From Octopus sinensis (Eukaryota), in assembly GCF_006345805.1 (NCBI RefSeq), contig NW_021835146.1, positions 5,284 to 69,283 on the forward strand: a DNA stretch of 64,000 nt. The letters run 5' to 3'. The notes under the pieces were generated by a model. The model had not been told where the DNA came from and did no database searches. It saw nothing but the letters and a program-made list of their open reading frames with translations. Below, piece after piece: positions 51,955 through 64,000 of the stretch. A program made the position numbers and the translations under genes. Numbering within the stretch: position 1 is the stretch's first letter; the number at the start of each line of letters is the position of its first letter.

Positions 51955-52131
51955 CTTCTATCTATGTATCCATTTATCTATCTATCTATCTATCTATCCA
52001 TTTATCTGTCTGTCTATCTATCTATCTATCAATCTATCTATCCATCAATCTATCCATCAATCTAGCCATCAATCTATCCATCTATCTATCTATCTATCCA
52101 TGTATCTATCTATCTATCTATCTATCCATCA

Positions 52132-52199
<68 letters not shown>

Positions 52200-52200
52200 G
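51760..52200. repeat. (TCTA)n/(TCAA)/(TCCA) array
   Basis: Direct inspection. Confidence 0.93.
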
Positions 52201-52452
52201 TATATGTGTCTATTGTCTATTACCGATCTGCCTCTTTATTTGTCAATGTCTTTATCTATTTCTGCAACACTATTATAGTCCAAAATATTAAGCATCAAAA
52301 GTAGAATTACTCCTATTAAAACATCAAGAAGAACCCTCCCTACCAACACCACCAACACCACAACCATCAGAGATCTTGTGTATATATATGATAATATATA
52401 TATATAAATATTATATATATATATAGATATATATATATATAATATATATATA

Positions 52453-52491
<39 letters not shown>

Positions 52492-52659
52492 AAGTAAAAT
52501 AGGGGTTGTGGATCCAACCCACTAAGGGATAATACTTATTCCAATATACTGTTGGTATAATACCCAAATTATTAATACACACGTATTTTTAATTGCAATC
52601 CATTAACGTACTTATTGTATTAAATGAAAGAAGGTAAAGAAATATTTCACCATTAATTT

Positions 52660-52736
52660 ATAATACAAATAAGTAAATGGAGAAACAATTTAGTTGTTTT
52701 ATCAGCTAATTTTTCTCCATTTCTTATTTGTATTAT
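52660..52736. repeat. Imperfect ~35-bp inverted repeat, 6-nt loop
   Basis: ataatacaaataagtaaatggagaaacaatttagttg / cagctaatttttctccatttcttatttgtattat. Confidence 0.85.
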
Positions 52737-53183
52737 ATATATATATGTATATATATATATATAAAAATAATCATATAGTTATATATATATATCTTTATAA
52801 ACGTGTACGCGTGTATGTGTTCATGGGAAGATAATATCTGACAGACGTTCCCTCAATAAAGCGGCCAATGGCTTCAGTCTTGATCTTGGAAGCCTACATT
52901 CGTTGTCTATCAATGTGTTTCTATTTTTTATGTTGGATGAAACCTGGTGGTGGGGATCCCTTATTTTTGAATATCATGAAAGTAGCCTTCTGAATGGAAT
53001 GTTCTAAACTTGTCGCTACTCCATGCCGAGCGTTTGGTATAACCAATCCCTTCTGTGGTTTCCGTTTCCGGTCAAATCAACATGTGCAGCCATTTTTTTT
53101 TTATGTTTATCTCTCTGTTTCCGGGGTTTTTTTCTCTCTTTTTTTCCCCCCTTTCTTTCGCCATCTATTTTCTCGCCTCCTTT

Positions 53184-53220
53184 GTTTCTCTGGAAGAGCG
53201 TAGGCTTGAAACATCCAAAG
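53184..53220 (+). ncRNA. Decayed copy of the A6U hammerhead-like motif
   Basis: gttt CTCTGGA a GAGC gtag GCTT GAAA catcc AAAG. Confidence 0.5.
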
Positions 53221-53523
53221 ACATTTCCATGTTTTCCTGAGCATCGAACCACATGTATCTACGTATGTGATTGTATGTACGTACGTATGCATGTATATGT
53301 GTATGTATGTGTGTATGTACGTATGTGTGTTTGCATGTATGTATGTGTGTATATGTGTATGTGTTTGTATGTATGTATGTACGTACGTATGTATATGTGT
53401 ATGTATGTGTATATGTATGTATATATATATATATATTTATGTGTGTATGTGTGTATAAGGGTGCTTTACATTCCTGATTTGTTTTTAGTCGAAAGAACCG
53501 ACACCAGTATTTATTATTAATTT

Positions 53524-53640
53524 CAAGCTTGGTACTTATTCTATCGGTCTCTTCTTGCTGAGCCGCTAAGTTACGGAGACGTAATCACACCAACACCGGT
53601 TGTCTAGCGGTGTAGAGAGACAAACGAAAATACACACACA
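53524..53640 (-). mobile_element. SINE A internal fragment
   Basis: ggtacttattctatcggtctc..ccgctaagttacggagacgt..caacaccggttgtc. Confidence 0.8.
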
Positions 53641-53858
53641 CACACACACACGCACACATGTGTATATATAAATCACGGGTTCACGTGACCGACTAGGCCA
53701 TCAGATGTTGCTACACATCGCTGGTCACAATGCGCTTCGCATTGTCATAGCCTTCAATGACGCCCACCCGGTGGCTAAGCGAGCAGACGCATATATATAT
53801 ATATATATATATATATTATTTATATATATATATATATCCATAATATAATATTCTTCTT

Positions 53859-54198
53859 CTATTCTTTACTTGTTTCGGTTATTTAACTGCGGCCATGCGG
53901 GAGCACCGCTTTAGTCGAGCAAATCGAGCCCAACATTTATTCTTTGTAAGCCTAGTACTTATTCTATCGACCTCTTTAGCAGAATCGCTAAGTTACGGGG
54001 ACATAAACACACCACATCGGTTGTCGAGCGATGGTGGGTGGACAAACATACACAATCATATATATGTATATATATATATATATGTATATTATTATAGTTA
54101 ATAGTACTATATCTATATATATATATATAGGTATATATTGATATATATATATATAATAATATATATATTCATACATACATACATACATACTACATACA

Positions 54199-54234
<36 letters not shown>

Positions 54235-54241
54235 TACTAAA

Positions 54242-54289
<48 letters not shown>

Positions 54290-54600
54290 TATATAATATA
54301 CACATGTGGGTGTGTTGTGGGTATGTATAGGACGGGCTACTTTCAGTTTCTGTCTACCAAATCCACTAACAAGGCTTTCGTCGACCCGAGGCTATAGTAG
54401 AAAACACTTGTCCAAGATCCACGCAGAGGGACTGAACCGGGAACCATGTGGTTGGTAAGCAAGCTTCTTACCAGACAGCCTCTCATGGGTCGGCCGAAAG
54501 CTATAATAAAAGACACTTGCCTAAGGTGCCACGCTGTGGGACTGAACCCGGAACCATGAGGTTGGGACACAAGTTTCGTACCACACAGCCCCGCTGCACC
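53859..54600 (-). mobile_element. SINE A with expanded central microsatellite and an extra upstream head (54487-54600)
   Basis: Tail 53859-54045, head 54330-54485, second head ending at ggccgaccca. Confidence 0.85.
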
Positions 54601-55013
54601 TATATCAATATTTATTGCATACCATGAAATATTTATGCGCCATATAAGGGTGGTGACTGCGAACTGACATAGGCATAATTCACACTTACATACACACACA
54701 CGTGTACCCACCCCTTTATCCACAATTCGCACACAAATGCACACATTTAAAGACGCGTTAAGTAAAATCTCACACGCACATAGATATAAATGATTTGTAA
54801 TCGATAATAAATGAGCTTAGGTTATGGCGATCTGGACAAAATATGAAACGTTTCGCGTTCTACACGCACACAAAAGCACAAACTTTAACACACGCAACAT
54901 CAGTCAGTGTTTAACCGATTTAAAACGAAAAATAACAAGATGGTTGACAAAGCGGAGTGGCGAAACAAGGGTAGATAACGAAATATTGATTTTGGTGATG
55001 GTGATGGTAACGC

Positions 55014-55014
<1 letters not shown>

Positions 55015-55109
<95 letters not shown>

Positions 55110-55119
55110 GTTATAAGTA

Positions 55120-55152
<33 letters not shown>

Positions 55153-55277
55153 GTAATACTAATAATAATAATAATAGTTATAATAGTAATACTACTACTA
55201 TTACTACTACTACTAATAATAATAATAGTTATAATAGTAATACTAATAATAATAATAATAGTTATAATAGTAATACC

Positions 55278-55323
<46 letters not shown>

Positions 55324-55387
55324 GTTATAATAGTAATACTAATAATAATAATAATAATGATAATAATAATAGTTATAATAGTAATAC

Positions 55388-55435
<48 letters not shown>

Positions 55436-55462
55436 TAATAATAATAGTTATAATAGTAATAC

Positions 55463-55515
<53 letters not shown>
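55015..55515. repeat. (AAT)n array with higher-order unit agttataatagtaatact
   Basis: The unit recurs several times, and again near 56210 beyond the RLE-2 insertion. Confidence 0.9.
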
Positions 55516-55517
<2 letters not shown>

Positions 55518-56170
55518 CTGGGTAATCTGTAAAACCTGAATTGCCCCATGAAAAAAACTGGTGGGAACACAACCCACCCCCAGTGCTTGAAAATGACCAC
55601 ATCTCACTCCTCTGGAACTTCACCATTCAAACTGACGGAAATAGATGCAAATATGCCAGACATCATTTGAAAAGACTTCAAACAAAGAACAGCCTCCTCA
55701 TTGATATGACTGTCCCAATCGATATAAACGTATCTGTCAAGACCTACCAAAAACTGAGCAAATATAAAGATCTTGAAATAGAAATCAGCAAATGTGGAAG
55801 CTGAAGACTAAAACAATACCTGTTGTCATAGGTGCCCTGGGAATGATAGCAAAGGGGCTGATAGCTACCTACTCAGATACCAGGAAACCCCAAAATGGCA
55901 GAAGTTCAAAAGAAGAGTGCTCATGGGAACTGCTCATATCTGACGCAAAATACTCTCTATGTAATCTCAAGGTTTAAAACAAACATAATTTTAGGTTTAA
56001 AAAAAAAAAAACCTTTTTTTTTAGACATTCATTAGTACAACATCCCCACCCCCCAAATATATGGCACACTAAGGCATAACAACAACATGAACTTCCAACC
56101 TGTTGTCTCTTGAGGTCTCTGGGTGAGACTTGGAGCACTTGTACAAATATAAAGCAAAATCAAACATAGA
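55516..56170 (+). pseudogene. RLE-2: 5'-truncated R4/Dong-like retrotransposon, RLE domain plus 3'UTR
   Basis: LPHEKNWWEHNPPPVLENDHISLLWNFTIQTD..PDII..LLIDMTVPIDINVSVKTYQKLSKYKDLEIEISK/MWKLKTKTIPVVIGALGMIAKG..MGTAHI..ILSM* (stop 55962-55964); many small indels. Confidence 0.88.
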
Positions 56171-56314
56171 ATAATATAATAATAATAAACTAATAATAAT
56201 ATATATAATAGTTATAATAGTAATACTAATATATAATAATAATAATAATAATAGTAATAATAATAATCAATAATAATAATATAATAATAATAATGATAAT
56301 AGTATATAATAAAA

Positions 56315-56867
56315 TGCCCGATTGCAGACCAGGCAGTGGCACTCAAGGCTTCTGATCTCAACTTATCGGAAGTTTTATCATGTACATTGTTTTGTCTTGG
56401 TATAAAAGATGGGCAACAGAAAATATTCTTCCCAGTACCACAGATTTGTTTGTCAGTTGTTTGACCGTAACCAGTTGACCATGTCCTTGGTGGCTGATGA
56501 TATGTGCATCTCTGATCACGAGCAGAAGTAGTGGAGGAGCATCATAGTCGTGTGTTGAGAGGAATTATTTGGGGTTTGGATAATTCGCCTTTGGAAACAT
56601 GGGTGTTTTGTTCAACATCCTTAAACAACCCTTATTCAGGGACCTATTGAGTGGGATGGGTTACTCGACCAGAAGAAATTTCTAGCTGGGCCCCACCTGC
56701 AAGGTCATGCACTGTTTATTTTGATATGAGATCACCGTGTCACGCACATATGGTTGTGATGCATGTGTCTGGTGTACCCTTATCAGACATTTGGTCATGA
56801 TGCCTATACTGCGCTTTGTATATTTTGCCCCAGTGTCACTTTGATGTTATGCACTAATTTCTTACTC
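56315..56867 (+). mobile_element. Element C, full length
   Basis: tgcccgattgcagaccaggcagtggc .. cttactc(aat)n, flanked by (AAT)n. Confidence 0.9.
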
Positions 56868-57161
56868 AATAATAATAATAATAATAATATAATAATAATA
56901 ATAATATAATATAATAATAATAATAATAAAATATAATAATAATAATAATAAAATAAGTAATTATAATAATAATAATAATAATAATAACAACACAACAACA
57001 ACAATAGCACACAACAACAACAACAACCAACAACAACAACAAACATATAATAATAATAATAATAATATATTAATAATAATAATATAATAGTAATAGTAAT
57101 AATAATAATAATCAACTTACTCTCTTCCTTGAAATTGCAGGTCTGGTGCCAGAATTTGAAA

Positions 57162-57349
57162 CAGCGAACTGGCAGGTTGCTTAGCTTAGCATTTCGTCCG
57201 ACCTAACGTTCTGAGTTCAAATTCCGCCGAGGACGACTTTGCCTTTCATCCTTTCGGGTTTGATGAAATAAGTACCAGCTACGCACTGGGGTCGGTGTAA
57301 TCGACTTCCCCTCCCCCAAAGTTCGGGCGTTGTGCTTAAAGTAGAAAGG
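57162..57349 (+). mobile_element. SINE B2 with (ATT)n tail
   Basis: Head cagcgaactggcag; tail cccctcccccaaagttcgggcgttgtgcttaaagtagaaagg(att)n. Confidence 0.85.
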
Positions 57350-57360
57350 ATTATTATTAA

Positions 57361-57406
<46 letters not shown>

Positions 57407-57894
57407 GAGTGAGAGAGCAGTTCATGCCATCAAAGTGACACTGGGGTAAAATATACGAAGCCAATATACCCATCATGACTACCCGTCTGATAAAGGCAAC
57501 ACCAGGCACATGCATCACAACCATATGTGCCGACATGGTGATCTCATATCAAGATAAACAGCACATGACCTTGCAGGTGGGGCCCAGTTAGAATTTTCTT
57601 CAGGTTTAGTAGCCCATCCCGCTCAAACGGTCCCTGAATAAGGGTTGTTTAAGGATGTTGAAAGAACCACCCATGTTTCCAGAGGTGAACTATTCAAACC
57701 CCAAAGAATCCCTCTCAACACATGGCTATGATGCTCCCCCACTACTTCTGCTCGTGATCAGAGATGCACATATCGTCAGCCACTAAGGGACATGCTCAAC
57801 TGGTTAAGGTCAAACAACTGACAAGCAAATCTGTGGTATTGAGCAGAATATTTTCTGTTGCCCATCTTTTATACCAAGACAAAACAATGTACAT
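57407..57894 (-). mobile_element. Element C, 5'-truncated
   Basis: Intact ctcactc(aat)n end at 57407; lacks the first ~80 bp; (ATT)n on both sides. Confidence 0.9.
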
Positions 57895-57953
57895 TTATTA
57901 TTATTATTATTATTATTATTAGTATCATCATAATTATTATTATCATTATTAAG

Positions 57954-58026
<73 letters not shown>

Positions 58027-58064
58027 CATTATTATTATTTTTATTATCATTGAAAGACAAAGCA

Positions 58065-58131
58065 GTATTAGTGTATTTCGCATAGTTGCTGAATAAAAAG
58101 CTTTGTTGAGAACAATCGCTCATCAGTATAA
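58065..58131 (-). ncRNA. Hammerhead-like relic
   Basis: tata CTGATGA GCGattgtt..agcaactaTGC GAAA tacac taata; core intact, helix III decayed. Confidence 0.5.
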
Positions 58132-58312
58132 AACCGCCTCAAGTAACCAGTAGATTAGGTATTTCCGTACGCCAATGCATACGATGCGGGAATTGTACTT
58201 GTCTGATAAGGTATTCGACAAGAAGCAGTCTGTAGAGAGTAAAACAATTACCTTATGAAAGATTCCTTTTGAACATTCGAAAACAGAAAAAAAAATTCTT
58301 CATAATAATCTA

Positions 58313-58701
58313 TCTATATATATATAAAGCTGAAGTTGTCTGTGTATGGTAGGTTTGGTAGCCTTCAACTAACACTACCTCCTCCGAGACCCTGCGGCGC
58401 AAGTTCACCATTGAGAGTATGATAGTAGAAGGGTTGCTCTTCCTTCCGTAGAAGACAAAATTCAAATCGGACCATGTTAAGACCAAAAATTATTTGCATC
58501 AAAAAGGTGCTTTTTTTCTATGAAAATCCCTATTTTTTACGATTCTTTGACTGCTGTGTCTCCATTTTTTGGTGTATTTCAACCAGAAAAATGTTCACTT
58601 AAAGAGAATAACAAGCTACATAATGCAAATGTTTTACTTTTCAAAAATTCCAATTGTAAAGGGTCGAAACAAACCCGAGCAACCCCGGGCGATACTGCAA
58701 G
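58313..58701 (+). mobile_element. Non-autonomous Helitron, second copy
   Basis: A|TCTATATA..cccgagcaaccccggg..CAAG|T; colinear with the reverse complement of 5289-5678. Confidence 0.86.
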
Positions 58702-59337
58702 TAATTTATAATTTGATGTCAAGATCCTTCGTCACTGATACAGTTCCACTGCACCTATTTACCTGTTTTGAGACAAGGTCGTTTGGCAGAAATATTTTAT
58801 ACCAAATTATATAGTATTAGGTGAAATTTCCAGCTTCCGTATGTTCATGAAGGATTAAAACGTGTCTTAACGCTGTAATTGCTAGTTAGCTAGCATATAT
58901 ATTAGCGAGTTAGCTAACACACATATATATATATATACGTACTCTAGTACGATATAACGTTTGAACAAAACGCTGGCAGCACACCGGTTGTGTGTTTATC
59001 GAAAAAACTGCAAGAATGCGTTATGTATGCAAATCTGTCTATTCGATTTGATTATGTCTTTAATAGAAGTAGGTTAATAAACAGTTTTACTATGTAGACC
59101 TAAGATGGGTTCTCAGTCACTGACGAAATCTCAATATGGCATTCAAACGGTCGGGCTGGTTCCTTTGTTTCTCTCAACAAAGATAGTGTATATAAAGGCA
59201 AATTGCTTTCATCTGTCAATATATTTAATATATATATGTATGCATACATATATACATACATATATATTTAATATACAACTATCTGTATCTCTCTCTCTCT
59301 ATGTATATATATAGATAGATAGATAGAATGATAGATT

Positions 59338-59373
<36 letters not shown>

Positions 59374-60162
59374 TTTTAAGTTTACAGACCTTCTAAAGGA
59401 TTCAGAGCTTTCACATACATACATACATATCTACATATATACGTATGTATGTAAATATATATATGTATATATGTCTGCATATACTCACACCTGCATTTAT
59501 ACATATATATGTATTTGCACATACACATGCAGATTTAGTTTGCAGCACAATGTAGTATACGTACACACGTACACGTACACACACACACACATATATATAT
59601 GTGTGTACATATATCTATAGACATATGTATTTCTTTGTATATGTATATATAAATATGTAATTGTCTATGTGTGTGTTTGTTTGTATGCATATATACGCGC
59701 GCACATGAATATATTCGCCTTGACTTCGCTCTCTTCTTACTCATCTATCCCTGCGCGCATGTGTGTATGTGTGTATTTGCTTGTGTATATATGTGTATAT
59801 ATATGTGCGTTCGTGTCCGTATACATTGATTAGTAGGCAAGTATCTATTAATTAGAGCTTTTTTGGAATATATGCTGACAGTTTTACAGCTGTTTAGAGA
59901 ACAATGACAAAACAAAACCCATCGCCATACCACGACCACCACCACCACCACCGCCGCCGCCGCCGCCGCCACTAATACCACTAACAACAACAACAACAGA
60001 AACAAAAATACAAAGTAAAAAAACATCCTAAACAACAGAGAGTGAGGGTAGGTAGGGTAAAATCAATCAATAGTCGTACAAACCAATCTATATCGAACAA
60101 ACCGATTTGTTGTTAATACATTTCCCCTCCACTACCATCGTGGCCCCATATAGTACACACAC

Positions 60163-60222
<60 letters not shown>

Positions 60223-60766
60223 GATACATACATATATACATATACATACAGACATATATAATATTTATAATAAATATATATATATATGTACATGTGCGTG
60301 CGAGTGTGTATGTATGTATGTGTATATGTTTATGTATGCATCTATATGTATATATATATATAATTAATTATACATGCTAACAACCTTTCAACTATTGATT
60401 AACTGCTATTAAATTATTTCTTTCTCACTAAATACACCTTGTACTATCACTGATTAACACTTTCTCGACAACAGACGAAAACAAGAATTATACAGAATAT
60501 AATATAATAAATATAATTTAATATAATAAATATAACATAATGGCATGTAATGTAATATGATACGTGTGTTTGTGTGTTATTCCTTTTATTGTTATACTGA
60601 CTGGTTTCGAGCACTTGATGGCGGCCATGATGGCGACGTTAAGTGTTCAGATATTGAACCTAGTTAGTATTTATGAATGCCGTCCTTATTTTATTGTTCC
60701 CAATTTGTCGAAACGCTATATGATGGGACTAAAACATAAGCATACACTGAGGAAGAAACATGCTTA

Positions 60767-60966
60767 GGCGCAGGAGTGGTTATGTGGTAAGAAGCTTGCT
60801 TCCCAACCACATGGTTCTGGGTTCAGTCCCACGGTGTGGCACCTTGGGCAAGTGTCTTCTGAGTGGATTTGGTGGACGGAAACTGAAAGAAGCTCGTAGT
60901 GTATGTGTGTGTTTATCTGATGTTGGTGTGTTTACGTCCCTGTAACTTAGCGGTTACAAAAAAAAA
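60767..60966 (+). mobile_element. SINE A with internal deletions and 3' truncation
   Basis: Head ggcgcaggagtggttatgtggtaag to gtaacttagcggtt. Confidence 0.85.
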
Positions 60967-60984
60967 TGTTTTCATAGTGTTTTT

Positions 60985-61066
60985 CCGATGGCCGGATAAC
61001 TGAAGAGATGGTCGCGTGGATTTCCACCTCGGCATCCGAAACTTGGAGTTTATCTTGGCTACCGAA
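60985..61066 (+). ncRNA. Type-I hammerhead-like motif with long helix I
   Basis: gccggataa CTGAAGA GATG..gtgg attt ccac..CATC c GAAAC ttgga GT ttatcttggc; the H17 base appears to be lost. Confidence 0.6.
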
Positions 61067-61192
61067 TAATTGTCACCTATTACTTTTTACAGATAAATTC
61101 CTCTATTTATATAATATCGTGGTCTCTTTCTTTCTTTTGTTAACTTACCGTTTTTATCAATAATATATATATATAAATATATTATATATATA

Positions 61193-61286
<94 letters not shown>

Positions 61287-61290
<4 letters not shown>

Positions 61291-61490
61291 AGATTCAGAA
61301 AAAAAGAAACAAAAGATGAAGACAGGTGGTGTAGACAACAAACAGATGTATTAGTTTAACGCTCGGGAAGTGAAACTCTTTAATGTTTCGAGCCTACGCT
61401 CTTCCACAGAAAGGTACACAGAAAAAAAACAAGGAGAGAAAATAATGTGTTGTGGCTAGCGATCTATCATGGCAAATGCCGGACAGAGGG
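61287..61490 (-). mobile_element. Penelope-like LTR-type fragment with A6U hammerhead-like motif (61378-61413)
   Basis: cttt CTGTGGA a GAGC gtag GCTC GAAA cat t AAAG; homologous to 26181-26340; abuts (TA)n. Confidence 0.62.
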
Positions 61491-61642
61491 GGTCACACAC
61501 ACATATATATATAAACATATATATATAGAAAATAATTGCGTGTAGGGGCTGTTGGATAGTTAGCCCCTACAGGCAATTTTTTTCTTTCCTTGTTTCTCAA
61601 CATATATATATATGTATACACACACACATGTGTGCGAATATA

Positions 61643-61707
<65 letters not shown>

Positions 61708-61963
61708 TGTGTGTGTGTGCGAACGTATGTATGTATGCGTACATATTTACGAGTGTATAAGTACGTGTGAGTCGCACTGACTTTTACGCTGCTCCACTAA
61801 TTTTTAATACATTTTACTGGTTCCAACAAATGGGGTGTGGCCATGCTGGAGCAAATCATAGCAAATGCTTCACAAATTATTCTGATTGGGATAATTTGCG
61901 TCATTGTTCTGGCTCCCCACCCTTTTCACTTCTTCTTCTTCTTATTATTATTATATTATTATC

Positions 61964-61995
<32 letters not shown>

Positions 61996-61997
61996 TA

Positions 61998-62047
<50 letters not shown>

Positions 62048-62689
62048 TATTATTATATATTAGGTTGTTGGTGTTATTGTAATCATAGATTAAACGCAGC
62101 TCAACCTCCGCCTTTCTCTCTCTCTCTCTCGTTCTCACTCTTTCTCTCTTATTTCCTTTTCTTCTTCTTCCCACTTAATCGTCGTAAACCTTCTTCTTCC
62201 GCTTCCCCCTATTCCTTTCTCCTACTCCTCCCACGCCTTCGATCTTCCTCTCCGAAGCAAGTTATGCACTTTATTATTTCAACCATCATTAAATTGTTGG
62301 AAATCAATATTTATTTAAATGTAAGAAATTATCATTATTATTCAATCATTTTCATCACCATCATCATTATCGTCGTCGTCGTCGTCGCCGTCGTAGTCAT
62401 CATCATCATTTTCTTCCTCTTCTTCTTCCTCTTCTTCTTCTTCATCATCATCATCATCATCATCATCATCTTATCATCATCGCCGACACCACCACAATCA
62501 TCACCATCGTGATCATGATTATCATAATCACCGTGACCACCACGACCACCACACCACCACCATCATCATCATCATCATTGTCATCATCACCACCATCATC
62601 ATCATCATCATCATCATCATCATTACCATCATCATCTTTTCATTACCAAATTCTGAATTCAATAGACAGTTTTTAAATATGCATATACA

Positions 62690-62835
62690 TATATACGTAC
62701 ATACATGCATACATACACACACATACGTACACACATACGCGCGCACATACAAACATACATACATACATACATACCTACATACATACATACATACATACAT
62801 ACATACATACATACATACCTACATACATACATATA
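62690..62835. repeat. (CATA)n array
   Basis: Direct inspection. Confidence 0.93.
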
Positions 62836-62973
62836 AGCATATGCACATACGCGCATACATTGGTACATGCACACAGCTAATAACACTTACATACATGTAT
62901 ACACACATGCATACATATACACACGCCCATGCATGCATATTTATAGACATATACACACATATACATATGTATG

Positions 62974-63006
<33 letters not shown>

Positions 63007-63102
63007 ATGAGTGTGTATGTATATATATATACACACACACATAAACGTATCTGCGATATATACGTGTATGCACATGTATACATATCTAGAACCATATATA
63101 TA

Positions 63103-63133
<31 letters not shown>

Positions 63134-63350
63134 ATGTATGTATACACGCACACACGCGCACACACGTTTACACATATATAACTATCTACAACAAACATAT
63201 AAACGATATATAAAATAAATAAATGAAATATCAAATAAACAAAACGAGCAAATTAATGGTAAATGTGCGAAGATGGAATCTGGCAATGAAAAACAAAATG
63301 GAAATATTAAGACAATCCCTCTCCATTATCAGCGGCGCCGCCATCATCGC

Positions 63351-63383
<33 letters not shown>

Positions 63384-64000
63384 TGTCATCGTCATCGTCA
63401 CCATCCATTATTAACACCACCACTACCACAACCACCACCACAATAACCACCATCTCCGTGACCACCACCGCCAATAATAACAAGTTTTACTGTATCCTGA
63501 GACAACGGCGGCCACTACCACTGTCCCGATCACCACCGCCGCTATCACCCCACCCCACCATCCCTCACTACTATCATCGCCATCCCCGCCGTCGTTATCA
63601 CCACCACCCCCCACATCACCAGCGCCACCACCACCACCACCAAGACCACATCCACCCCCACAATAATAATGATATTAACACTATCTCTAACACCAGCATT
63701 TTTGCTCACGTCAGCAATACTACAAGAACACCCCCACCAGCTCCACCACCGATAACAACAACAACAACGACAAACAACAACAACAACAACAACAGCCGCA
63801 GCAGGGAAATGAAAAGAAGAATAGAAATCAATAACAAAATGAAGGACATAGGAAACGTCCCCGACCTCAACAGCAGCAATAACAACTATTTTAATAAATG
63901 CAACAACGACAATAAATGCAACAACTCTAACCGCAGCATAAACCACAATTAAACCGCATCAACAAGAACAACAACATCAACTGCCACCACAACACATCCA

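Overview
Repeat-saturated, AT-rich, CpG-poor animal non-coding DNA (intergenic or deep intronic). The SINE families match, from memory, those of Octopus/coleoid cephalopods, so the taxon is an inference. I found no host exon, tRNA/rRNA gene or CRISPR array, and nearly all long ORFs in the supplied track are translated microsatellites. Contents: (1) about 30 copies or fragments of tRNA-derived SINEs, labelled locally A, B1/B2, D, E and F, several with clear target-site duplications (TSDs), nested, dimeric or chimeric; (2) 3' remnants of four different non-LTR retrotransposons with a restriction-like endonuclease (RLE, R4/Dong-like), three in (AAT)n arrays and one in (CATA)n; (3) four copies of a ~550-bp non-coding element (C) found only at (AAT)n arrays, in the same polarity as the RLE elements; (4) two non-autonomous Helitrons, one hAT MITE and one DD41D mariner-type transposase relic; (5) about 12 minimal type-I hammerhead-ribozyme-like motifs, mostly 40-240 nt upstream of a (TA)n tract as expected for Penelope-like pseudo-LTR remnants, including a three-copy family with U at core position A6; (6) several long palindromes or fold-backs, two notable minisatellites and very extensive simple repeats. 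All alignments, translations and folds were done by eye.
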